Source: Schizochytrium sp. TIO01
Taxonomy: Eukaryota > Protista > Bigyra: Labyrinthulomycetes
Reading direction: 5' to 3'
Assembly (NCBI GenBank): GCA_004764695.1
Contig: SMSO01000036.1
Location: forward strand, 930,001-994,000
DNA: 64,000 nt
Shown here: positions 1 to 11,724 of the stretch, piece by piece
Layout: each line of letters begins with the position of its first letter
Position numbering within the stretch: position 1 is the first letter of the stretch
Notes under the pieces: model-generated
What the model was told of the DNA's origin: nothing
The model's input: only the letters and a program-made list of their open reading frames with translations
Databases searched by the model: none
Made by a program: the position numbers and the translations under genes

Positions 1-57
1 GCAAGCAAATACCAATTAAGCTCGGAAGAAGATCCTTTAACGTGTCCAGGCGCTACG

Positions 58-1217
58 ATGGAGGCACCTCGGTGTGCTCGCTGCAATGAGCGTGTCTATA
101 TGGCTGAGCGGTAAGTCAAGTTTCATAATAAAAAAAGGAGAAGGATGGATCAGTTCTCAAGATTACGCTTCCTTGCAGCTGCGCTCTGCTAGGTCTCTGT
201 CGAAGCCAAGCTCAGATCACTGCGTGTGTATCATAGAGAGGTGTTCTTTGTAAAGCAACGCGACAACAAGAGAGGCCACGGTGCCTACACAAGGTGCAGA
301 TTAGGTTGAGAAAAGTTGTTTTTGCAGGGTTAGATTGTCTGTTGTAACTAACACGGTATCGGTATAAACCCTGCTAATCATTATGTTGCCTATTATCAAT
401 TCAACCTGACAGCTATAACGCACTTGGCAAAGTTTGGCACAAGTCTTGTTTTCGCTGTACATCATGTTCCAAAAAGCTTGAGCTTGGCAAGCACCTCGAA
501 AATAACAAGATGCCATACTGTGAAAGTACGTTCTAATGACTTTGATATTTATCTTCAAAAATCAGAAATCTCGCTAACCGGCGGCTTATGCATCTTACTT
601 TGTTTAATTCTTTATTGTTTACAGCCTGCTACGCGAAGCTTTTTGGTCCCCGTGGATACGGCTTTGGAGTAGGGGCTGGCATTCTTGCTGGTAATTTTGA
701 CGGAACCACCCCAACGCAAGCACCAGCAACTTCAGCAAACTGGAGAAAGCTTCGAATGGCACTTAAAGTAACTCAACATGATCATTCTGTGGAGGAGGAG
801 GAGACTAATGACCTTGATTATGATGGCGAACTTGTATTGGAAGATAAAGGTAGTGAACAAGACCAGCCTGATGTACTGGCGAATGTTGTTGCGGCGTTCG
901 GAAATGCCCCGGCCTCGTCGAAACGCCTATCGAAACGCTCATCAACCCGTTCATCCGCAAGGATGTCCTCACGCTCGCATCGATTGAGTTCTCGCCCTAG
1001 TGTGGCGAGTAATTTCATGTTTGATGAACCAGAAGAAGAACCTATGGAACTTGTAGATGATACCTCATTTGTTGAAAAACGGAATTCAAGCAAACGCCGA
1101 TCAAGCAGACGCCGATCGAACAGACGCCACTCCATGCGCAACAGTGAGGAACCAAAGTCATTCTGGGACCAGTTAAAAGAGTTCTGCGGCTGCGGTCGAA
1201 ATATCGTAGAAGAATGA
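58..1217 (+). CDS. CRP/MLP-type LIM-domain protein with low-complexity Ser/Arg-rich C-terminus; 3 exons (58-110, 413-525, 625-1217)
   Basis: Splicing gtaagt(111)...cag(412) and gtacgt(526)...cag(624) gives the continuous frame MEAPRCARCNERVYMAERYNALGKVWHKSCFRCTSCSKKLELGKHLENNKMPYCETCYAKLFGPRGYG. This is a complete LIM motif (C-x2-C...H-x2-C-x2-C-x2-C...C-x2-C) followed by the CRP glycine-rich FGPxGYG motif, and it joins ORF 588..1217 in frame. Confidence 0.9.
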
Positions 1218-1913
1218 TGTTTGATTCCTGTTGAATGCTCAATAAGAAATAGGGTTAATTGCCTTTGGATTTTAGACCCAAAAAATTGCACGCACAGAAA
1301 AGATGGATTTTTTTTTTTTTCAATATAAACTTTCTCTTTAAATGCGAAATACCATGATTTCTAGATCTATAATCTCACGAGTCTGTTTCAATGTTCCTCC
1401 TTATCTTTTGTGGCATGTCTTTTCAGTAGCGCAAAGACTGAACTAATCTTAATACTATCCAATTTGTTGATGTCTAGAACTAATTATGGCCTAAAGACTT
1501 TTAACATGAAACCAAATTATGCGGAGATGCCTGTTTTGTACTTAATCGCCCTAATTCTCGAGCGGTCTTGAAACTCTGCCAACATATCTCCATAACAATT
1601 AAACTAAGCACATATATCGAAGGAAGATTTTACCAATGTCACCCTTTGTTCCTAACTATACGTTTAGTCTTGAAGAGTGATCTTCTTCTTTTTAAATGTT
1701 TATTTATTTAGTTTTATTTTTTAAACTATATATATATATAAGCACGTCACTTGAGCATTTATACAGACAAAATAAAGTACGAACTGAGAAGATGGACTAA
1801 AAGCATGAACATAAATTAAATACTATGTATATTCCGAAAAGGATCAAACTAAGTCCTGTGTTTCAAATACTTGTGAATACCATGTTCGTGATACAAAAAA
1901 AACATCAATTAAC

Positions 1914-4900
1914 TTAAAAGCTATCTGCCCACGCCGCTGCAGGACCAGACTCGAGATAAGGAAGAACTTTGAAATTTTCGTCGTAGTCATCAAACATAGA
2001 GCAGTCCACATCAGAGCGTATAGGGGGCTTCCAAGGTGCTTGAATCTGCTTTGTCTCCAAATGCTTCCAGTTCACTTGACGAAACCAAGGATGGGCCATA
2101 ATCTCCGCAACGCCACGAACTCCACCGCCCAATCTCTTAAGGGGATCCTTTTTCAAGAGACCAGCAATAAGGCGCTTGGCTTCGATATCTTGGCAATCTT
2201 CAGGAAAAATTAACGGTTGTTTCACAATGCGCTTACACACTTCGTTCTGGTTGTCATCAGGCCCACTGAAAGGCGTATAACCAGATATTACCTCATACAT
2301 AAGAATTCCAATTCCCCAGTGGTCGTTTCCCTTTCCGTAACCCCGTCCCAGGACTAATTCTGGGCTGAAGTAGTCTGGGGTTCCGCAAGTCGTAAAAGCC
2401 TTTGTTACGTTCATGTTTAGCGAAACCAAAATCTACCAATTTAAGGTAGCCATCAGTATCAATGAGGATGTTCTCTGGCTTCAAATCCCGGTAAAGAATA
2501 TCTCTCGAGTGTAAGTAGGAAAAGGAAGATACAACGCAGGCCATATAGAACTTGTGATGTAGCGGCTGCAGATTAGCTCCATAATTCTGAAGAAAAGAAA
2601 AAAGTTCTCCACCCTGTACCAGTTCGAGCAACATATAGAGACAGTCCCTATCCTGAAACGTCTGGTGAAGGGTAATGATAAATGGATGACGCAAACTTGA
2701 GAGGATGATCTTCTCATTGAGGATGTTCTGCTGAAGCTTATAACGAGTAATTTGAGCTTTCGACTGAACTTTAAGAGCGTACGTGGAACCTGACGCAAAG
2801 TGCCGTACCATTTGAACACGGCCAAAGGTTCCTGTGCCAAGTGTTTTGATTGGTTGGAGATCCCGAAAGGTATAATTTGTCTGTTGAGATGTTGGGGAAT
2901 CTATGGGAGGCGGGGGAATGCTCGGCTGAGCAGCCACTTCAACATCCATTGCACTTGTGCATGTGCTTTCACTGTCTGAGACAGTGTGTTCGCTTCCACG
3001 CGCAAGTTTACCATTTGTTTCAGGACGATGAGCTGCGCCAGAAGCACCTTCCATGACTTGCTCATTCCACATCTTTTGTCCCTGGGAAGATTCTTGTGCC
3101 ATAGCATCCTGGTCCTGCTGACACCGCTGCTGTTGTAAAAGCTGTTTTTGATGAATTTGTTGTTGCAAAAGGTGATGTTGATGCAGAAGTCTCTGTTGCT
3201 GTTCTAGAATAGCAGCTTGTTTACGGAGAAGATCCTCGCGCATCTCGTCATTCATAGCGAACTGAGGCATATCAGCTTCTGTACATGTCCTCATAGCTTG
3301 GGCGTTTTGGGCATGGGCCGCCGCTGCTACTTGCGCAGCCCGGGCTGCAGCTTCCATTTCTTGTTGGTGTTGGGCTTGGATGGCACGCTTCTTTAGTGCA
3401 TTCTCCTGGCGGCGCTTTTTGATAACGCGCTTCAAGATCGCATCCGCTGGTCCAAGCAGGCCCTCGAAGCTCTCTCGATCTAAGACAAAGCATTCACAAG
3501 GAGTTCGCGCAATTACGTTCGCTTCTCGCACATTGCCCTCTGCAAGAGCCATTTCACCAAAGTAGTCACCCACCTTAAGTGTACTAACTTGGTTAGTCAT
3601 CATCTTGTTGACTTCGAGCTGGACATCCTGTGTAACATCTGCTTCACCACTACGAAGTACATAAAATGAATTTGCTTCCTCACCCTGACGAATAATAAAT
3701 TCGCCCTTTTCAAAACTTTGCAGAGTAAACGCAGAAAACACCTTTTCGACTTCAGCCATATCTAAGCAGCGAAATAGCTCAATTTGTTTGAAGATACTAT
3801 CCCGAATATTGTTGTCGAGCACCTCTCGAAGCGGGCCCAAAATAGTGTTAAATGCATGGCGATCTAGTACAAGACATCGAACATCAGTCAAAGCGATCAC
3901 ATTTGCTGCGCGTGCTTCATCTTTGAGCAAGGCTCGTTCTCCAAAGCAAGCATGCGCACCTAATTTCACAAGTGGATGCGGCATATCCGCTCCAAGGACC
4001 ATGCCGTCCGAAACTTCAACTTCTCCGCTACTGATAATGTAAAAAACATCGCCGATTTCTCCTTTGCGAATAATTTGGGCCCCCTTTTGGTATTCGCGAT
4101 AACGAACAACCTCGGCACAACGATCCATTTGTTCATCAGTCAAAGCAGAAAGCAAAGGGACTGATTTCAGTGCCGCCTTGGCTTCTTGAATATCGTGACG
4201 TGTGCTCGCTTGGACCATAGAGCGAAAGCCCACGCGGTCAAGTTTCCATACAATTGCATTGGAAGAGGCTTGTACTGTCGCTGCACGCTTTTGACCATAC
4301 AAGAGAGCAAGTTCACCAAAACTGCCACCAGCTTCTATTTTTCCAACTTTTCGACCAAACTCGGGGGTGAAGCTATCCTCATGACAATTTGTATTTCCTG
4401 CTGCATAAGCTGTAGTGTTGTGGGTAGGCTGAGATGGGGTTGCGCTAGTTGAAGACGATGAGGAGGCATGTGCAGAGTTTCTAGCACCAGTGCTATGACT
4501 GCTATCTTTACGACGCTTCTGAAGTACGTCAAATGTGCCGACTTCTACGACATAGAAAAAATCACCACGATCACCTTCACGAATAAGTACATGCCCTTGC
4601 ACAACTTCTTCTTTGCACATCATACTGACAAGGTTGTGCAAGAGGTCATGAGGAAGAGCTTGAAACAGATACTGGTCCTTGATAATACCCATGAGGAGTT
4701 GTCGAACCTTTTCAGACTTGGGATAAAATTTTGGAACAACAGCAATATCCTTTCCATTGTCAATTGAGGTGCTTGACTCAGTGATGACACCCTCGCGACG
4801 CTTTTTATCTCTTGAAAATGAAGTTTTCTTGCCAATCATAGACATGAGTCCCTTAAGTTTGTTCATTCGCGCAGACTTCCCTAAGGTCAAATCCCCGTTT

Positions 4901-6026
4901 GCAGGAGGAGATGCTACTTCCAGGCCATTTGAACGCTTTCTGGAAAGCATACGCATCGGAGAAGATCCTGAACTATTTGATACACTTGACCCTATAGACG
5001 TTTGCGAATCAGAGCGCTGTATTTCAACATTACTGGGTACTTTCGCATCAACGGATCCAGTACTAACCTGATTTGTTCTTGAAGAGGAAGCAATTTCTGA
5101 TCCAGTTGCGAGACTCACACGAGCCTTTGCATCAGCGGGGGGATCTGTTGTTGCACGCTGGCGTTTATTCGTTGGCTCACCAGGGTCAACTGTAGAGCGG
5201 CCTTGCTCCACATGAGGGTTAATGTCGTCAGAGAGGTCCATTTGAGAAAGAGAGGAAGGACGGATCTCGGGGGAACCAGCAGTTCTGTGGTTAATTCGAT
5301 GCTCATCTCGCATCATATCTGTGGCATGGAGCATTGGGGATGAAGATGCAGAAGATGCAGAAGACCCTGATGATGATGACGATGATGATGACGCAGATCC
5401 TGAAGAAATGTAAGCCCCGTGCCCTTTGCTGGGGAAGCCATGGTTCACATTGTGAGCCCATGAATCTACGTTTGGCTGCAATGTGACAACATCTGACTCA
5501 CCAGCCTGCAAAGCCTTTGAACCAGCATCCATGTGTGAGGTGGACGGACCTGTTTGGTTATCTGAAGACATCGAAGACGAGAGCTTACCAGCTGCGCCAT
5601 GCGCGCTTGCTAGCGCTGAGGAGCGAGAGCTTTTTTGAGCAGCCAACATATTGGATACGCGTGAAGCTGCAGAAATAGAACTTAAGTTTGCTTTGGTTGA
5701 TGGTGATGATGCAGATGTCGTCAAGTGACCTTTGTCTACACCTGTGCCGTGGATGATTTTATTGGAATGTTTATTGGAATTTGAGCTTGGCAATCCAGGT
5801 CGCAAGATTTCTGTGGGCTGTGTTGATACCATTCCACTCGTGGACATGGGTGAAGATGAGCGGTTCGAGGCACCGCTGTCGCTCGCAAAACTTCTTGTGG
5901 AGCCAGAACACGCGCGTGCAGAAGGGCGAGCAGTATCAACATACGTGTGCTGGTGTTCCGAGTTACCTAAATTGATGTTGGCGGTACCACTCGTACTAGG
6001 GTTTTGGGGGTTTATCCCACTACTAA

Positions 6027-6063
<37 letters not shown>

Positions 6064-6066
6064 ACC

Positions 6067-6109
<43 letters not shown>

Positions 6110-6423
6110 ACATTCATGACAGACGCAGATGCAGAAGCGCTGACAGATGCGAGGTTGTGACTGAGACTGCTGTTGCTACTGCTTGAGGTGCCGCTTTTAG
6201 CAGCAGAGGCATCGGCACTTGCACCATTCTGAGAGAAGTGTAGACCTGCGAGAGAAGCACGAGGACCGCGGTTGCGAACATCAGATCGAGAAGGCTCTGT
6301 CCACGTGCGTTCCTTGGTATATACATTCCAAAAGTAGACTCTTCTTGTGCTACGGTCAAACTCTGCATACCAACCTTCAGGCAAGTTGAAGCGAGCATTG
6401 AGTTGTGCGCGATCCATCATCAT
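1914..6423 (-). CDS. WW-domain, triple cNMP-binding AGC (PKG/PKA-like) protein kinase; reading frame interrupted by a +1 shift at ~2400-2403
   Basis: WW domain LPEGWYAEFD...VYFWNVYTKERTWTEP. Three cNMP cassettes FGELALL..RAATV, FGERALL..RAANV, FGEMALA..REANV. Kinase motifs LGTGTFGRV, ALK, YRDLKPEN and DFG lie in ORF 2293..6435; AFTTCGTPDYFSPE...DHWGIG and the AGC C-tail (APWKP...WADSF) lie in overlapping ORF 1914..2429. First ATG at 6423. Confidence 0.9.
6028..6109 (-). repeat. Coding trinucleotide repeats (AGC)n poly-Ser and (AAC)n poly-Asn within the kinase N-terminal region
   Basis: gtt and gct runs on the + strand; the protein reads SSSSSSSSSSSNSSGNNNNNNNNNNN. Confidence 0.95.
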
Positions 6424-7416
6424 GGCGGTGTGCAAAACTCAAAACCTTAAGCAGCACGGCACGTACTTCAGGCCGGTGCCGGTGAGTGACAAGCTCACCG
6501 ACGAAGGCTGAAAGACTTGCCTGGTGTTTATCTCGACTTCTGTTCCGTTTACCTTTGTTTGTTGATCTATCTAAATGCCCAGGGCGTTTTGTTGTCGTCC
6601 TCTTGTTGACAAACTTCTCCGTCTTGACTCCCTTCTCATCCTATAACTTAACTAACATGCTTCAAGTTGTTTACACTCTTACTTTCTTACTTTCTTATTT
6701 TCTTTCTTCTCTTTCTTCTCTTGTTCTTTCTCCTTGGACATCTTTTTCTTTTCTTTTTCTCTCTCCACTCTTTTCTTTTTACTACCACGTATTGATATTT
6801 AGTATTTTGTGCTTACTTTTATCATCTCTATATTAAGTGCTCCCTATAGTTAGTTGGATCCTATAGTACTATTACCATCTATTTGGTTTGTAGGTAGTAG
6901 GTGCATTTTCTAATTGGACTAGCGATCTATATACGAGTAGTGAGTGGATTCTCATTGTAGCTGCATGTGTGCTCGCACTCGTCAACTTCAATTAACCATA
7001 TTACTAAGCTTACTATTATTAATGCCGCGGTGCTATTTTATTTCCTGTTCATATCAACAATTTATATAATTTAGTCTCTACTATTGTATATTCTTATTGT
7101 TGTTAACACTATATATGCACACATAATTAGATAATTAGAAATATAATAGAATAAACTACTCAGTATCACTCGTTGATTTCCTCTATCCAATTGCCTCATC
7201 GATAACTTTTGGTTCTCTGCAGACATGAATTGTATCGACTGACAACTCAATAGGTGATGCGGACTGACCGGTTCGCATGGCTGCCTAGGATCAACGGCAC
7301 CCTCCTGTGGCCAGGCCAGCCTCTTTCTAACCATTACATTTTGATTAAAAAGACGCTTTATAAGTAGTATTGTTGTAATCAGAGTCATTAATATCCTATA
7401 TTGGAAAAACAAATAT

Positions 7417-7420
<4 letters not shown>

Positions 7421-7464
<44 letters not shown>
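7421..7464. repeat. (AT)n microsatellite
   Basis: About 22 uninterrupted AT units. Confidence 0.97.
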
Positions 7465-7466
<2 letters not shown>

Positions 7467-8277
7467 AAAACCGAAGTACAATTGCTTCTTAAGTCCTGAT
7501 AGCTACTACCTCGGTACTATCCACGAGCGTTGATAATAGTAGCATGATTAACTTCATCATCGTTTAACAAATTTGGACTTTTGGACCTCTACAATTTCAT
7601 GGGTAAGACTCTACGACAAGTCTGCTGACGATCTACTCAACTCGAGGTGTTCAAGCGTACTACAACTACGTGAGTGTTACCCTCACCTTTAATGAATGAC
7701 TATCAGAGAGTTATTCACATCGTACAGCAAATGTTCGTTCGATCTTTCAGGGCAGCTAGATAGTCTATTTTAATGTAATAGCTTGATGATCAATACCTGA
7801 GTAGTTGGTGCCTAGCCCGGCTCAGAAATGAGACGGCCAGAAGACTCTACCTACTCTCACTAGTCAGAGGCAACTTCTTCAGATCTTTTAGCTTGGGTTA
7901 AAAGAATTTTAGCCAAAGCAAAGAGAATACAAGAGAAAATATCTTCTTTTCTTTTTCTTTTTCTTTTTCATTTATACTCTGCAACTCCTACCGCGTCGCT
8001 ATAGGTACTACTAGTGGAGCAAACAACCAGAAGTGCTTTGTGATTTTGTTTGTGTACGCATATAGTGCCTACTTACTTACCTACCTAGCACTTAGCACTT
8101 GTATAAGAATAATAAATCTTGCCTTGACTTCAATGTAGGTATGGGCAGTGAGTGATTATTTTGGCTTGAGCTTGTGCCTAACCTAAATTATAATCACTCA
8201 TTTCCTTTCCCCGAGTGAAAGTGGTAGAGTACTTCGAGTACTTCGTTGAAACTAATTGACCTTTCGACTTGAAGGTG

Positions 8278-8310
<33 letters not shown>

Positions 8311-11300
8311 AAATTAAACATTTTACTCTAAAAATGTAAACACTAATTTACTTAGCAGGTAGGGCCTGATAATTATATATATAAAGCAAAAAATGCAACA
8401 AAAAATGTAAAAAAATGCAAAAAAAAAATGCAAAAAAAGGAAAAACAGGAAACAGAAAAGATGATAATATATACTTTATACTGTGGTACCTTCGATTGAT
8501 ATGATAAACAGTGAGAAGGTAGCCTAAGGTCAAAGTTTTAGTATAGCTATTAATCAAGGGGTGATTGGTATGACTTGAACTTTAACCTCAGAATCAGTTA
8601 TTAATAGTCACTTTTACTAGCTAGAGTTAGGTAATAAATAAGTCACGCTTGGGTTGGGCAGTGAGTAGCCTAGGTATTACTATCTGCGTAGGTAACTTTT
8701 GTAAACTTGTGGCGTGTGCATGCCCTGTGCTTGAGAAGAGAGGAAAGTTGTCAGGTAGGTACGTACAAGCTAACAGATTTTACTTTTTACCTATGTGGTG
8801 CTTAGGATTGCTTCACGAACAAAACGAGAAGTCGAAGCAAATGTCTTTCACTCATTACCTCGTTACTTTTGCAATGTATTTGCTTCAAGTTCTTGTATAT
8901 GATGAGGTAGGGAGCGAGTGTTTTAGTTTGGTGAATCAATCTCCTAGTCAGAAGCAACTCCATAAAACATTCAAGACTGGGTAAAAGCTTAGGAGAAGAT
9001 AAACTACGTGAGGGCGGGAATATCACTGGAAGTCCTTTGTTGGTGTAAGCATTATCTGCGAATGTATATGTGTATGAATTATGGGGTAATTCACATAAAT
9101 TATCTATATAGTAGTTACCAGCGTAGCAGGTTGTTGCATGAAATAGTTGAGATGTAATCCGCATAGTAGGTTATTATACAAAGTTGAAAGTAATCCACTC
9201 TCACTATGGGTTAAAGGTAACTCATACATTTAAAACCCTTTGACTAGGGTAGATTTCGAAACGAAAACAATCTGGTATGAGTACAACAAGGGAATGGGGA
9301 GATGTTACACATATATGTATATATATGTATTGGTCTTTTATCCTAGCGAAAGGCTTGAATAGCCTCTGACTGGTGAGAGTGACTATTCAACCTTTCTGCA
9401 CGGCTTGGCATACATGAGTATTCAGTTTGACTTGGGTTGATACATTGGCACTAAGCTAAAAATGAATCGAATTGCTCAGTGGGAGCTTGAATAGCAAGAG
9501 AATATAGCATCGGTGCTGTGTTATGTCTGCATGTCTTTCATTTGAGTTTATATTGGCATTAATTTTATGCTCTTCATGTCTATTCCACTTAGCCTATGTA
9601 CAGTAGCTGCAAGTTGTCTCCACATGGGTTCAGCTAAGTTACTACTGGCACTTATTTCGGCATACAGTACCCCTTTTAAGGAGCAATAGATTGTGCCCTT
9701 TTTCCACCTATGTATATAAGGTAGGTAAGTATTAAGAAAAAAAAATCATAAAACTTTATATAAATGAAAAGCACTAGTACTATAATATTTTATTAGCTAC
9801 TCCTCATGGTACCGGCATTTAAACCATACTTAAGTTTTTAGTGTTTAAGTTTTTAAATGAAAATAATTAATTGATTTTAATAGTGTAGGCCTGCACTATA
9901 TCACATGATAATAATAACAACCATAAATAACCACTTTACTTTTTATGTTCTACAGAGATATTTAGCTCATCAGTACTCTTTTTAGCGTTACTATCCTTTG
10001 GCTTATAAAGTAATAGTAGTAACGCATAAAATAATTTGTCAAGAAAGCGAGCACCTAGCCTAACAAATTTGAAAACGCTTTTGCTTTGCAACGCGAAGGA
10101 ACTTTCCTCAAACATAATCAGATGTTCTGAGCCTTACTTTAAGCCTCCAGGTAAATAACTGTAGGGATCCTGGGATATTCCCCTGCAGAAAGTTATTCTT
10201 TCAAAGTACCAGAGCGCCTGTACTACCCATTAGTAAGAGGTCTTCAGTTTTTTGCAGAGTGTTCTATGAAAAGATAAATTGATGAATGTTTGTAACATTG
10301 ACATGTTGCCTGCCATGATTTTGGCTTTGAAGCCAATACTTGCAAATTAATAAATAGTGAGATCATACAATTTGACTGGGGCCATCAATATATATAAACA
10401 CAGAATATCTTAAAGGCTGTCTAGATCTGTGACAATCTTGTCTTCCGGGTTTTTAATGGTATTTTTTTTTTTTTAAATAATCATCATCAATAGTCAACAA
10501 ATTTACCGCATGCCAAAGCAACCCTCAGGCTTCAACTTCTTTAGTTTGTATAGCACTTGCTTATATCCTGTGATTTGCATTCAATCATGGTCACTTTTGC
10601 GCCGGAGTCTTAAAAGTAAATAAAAATTGCTATTGTGTACATATAACGGAACTATAGTTGTACTACAAAAATTTGTACTTAAGATATGACTTGTCTACTC
10701 ATACCTCCTTTGTTGATTTTTGAATAGTAATAATAATAATAATAAACATAAGGGCGTGTATTTTCAAGGTATAGAAAATGGATCTCTTTAATCAATAGAA
10801 CAAGCTCCTGCATCTGGATAGAAGTATCCAAACCACAAATTAAGCATAATTTCCGGCTTAAATCTCTGAAAAAAAAAAGCAAAAAAAATACAATTTCCAT
10901 ATTTAGCTTTTTAGGAATGAAAACTCTTTAAAATGAGGGAATTTATACTATTGTGATGCAGGATGCGAAAGATTGCAGGTGTTAGAACATAACTCACTCT
11001 CGTGGTTACCAGGGGCACTTTACTCAGGTCAAATCTCAAGGATACGCACGAAGAATTTGTAAACGTGACAGTCGTTTTCAATTGCGCAACAATTCTTTAG
11101 TTCTAGGCAGTCTAGTGGGTAGATTGCAGAATTCATATTAGACCTAAATATTGGCGACACCAAAAAGAGATCTAACAATGGTTGATTACGGTTTTGAGTA
11201 GTTGCAGAATAGCATATCTAGTTTTTAATTAATAGGCCACTAAGAGTAGTTTTATTTTATTAGTATTATTCAAAAACGCTCACAGCCATCGCATCTACTC

Positions 11301-11724
11301 TAGGCTAGTATGATCAAACCTTCAGGAGCCCTCCAGATAGTTTTCTGCTATATCGGCAAGTTTCTGCCCACGGCCAGTCTCTGACTTGAAAGCACACCCA
11401 TAGAGCAAAAAAGAGAGAGGCTGAAGGGGGTCGACGCCCAGGCGTACCTTCTACCTTCAGCCCTCGATCACGTGAACTCTTCCCGTAGGTTTGCTCCTGT
11501 ATTGAAGGTTGAGACGTTTGTATTATCTGCTTCCCGCCGTGTAGCGGATTCAGGTGAAGAAGACGCACATTGCGTAGGACCAGCATTGACAGGGGAAGGT
11601 AGAACTAGAATAAACCTCCAGAATATACAAAATCAACGTCAATATCTTCATTTCTTATAGTCACTCTAGCGTGACAATCTGGTAACGTTCGAACCATCGT
11701 GGGGCGTACATAGATTCTCTGAAC

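Noticed and set aside
2401-2409. Micro-intron gtaacaaag as a fix for the kinase frameshift
   Set aside because: Only 9 nt and a multiple of three, so it cannot restore the frame.
7071-7481. 136-aa ORF with YIYI repeat
   Set aside because: Produced by the (AT)n microsatellite; non-ATG start, no domain.
8802-9164. 120-aa ORF with FADNAYT, faintly like a DDE transposase motif
   Set aside because: No other catalytic motifs, terminal repeats or extended frame; AT-rich intergenic composition.
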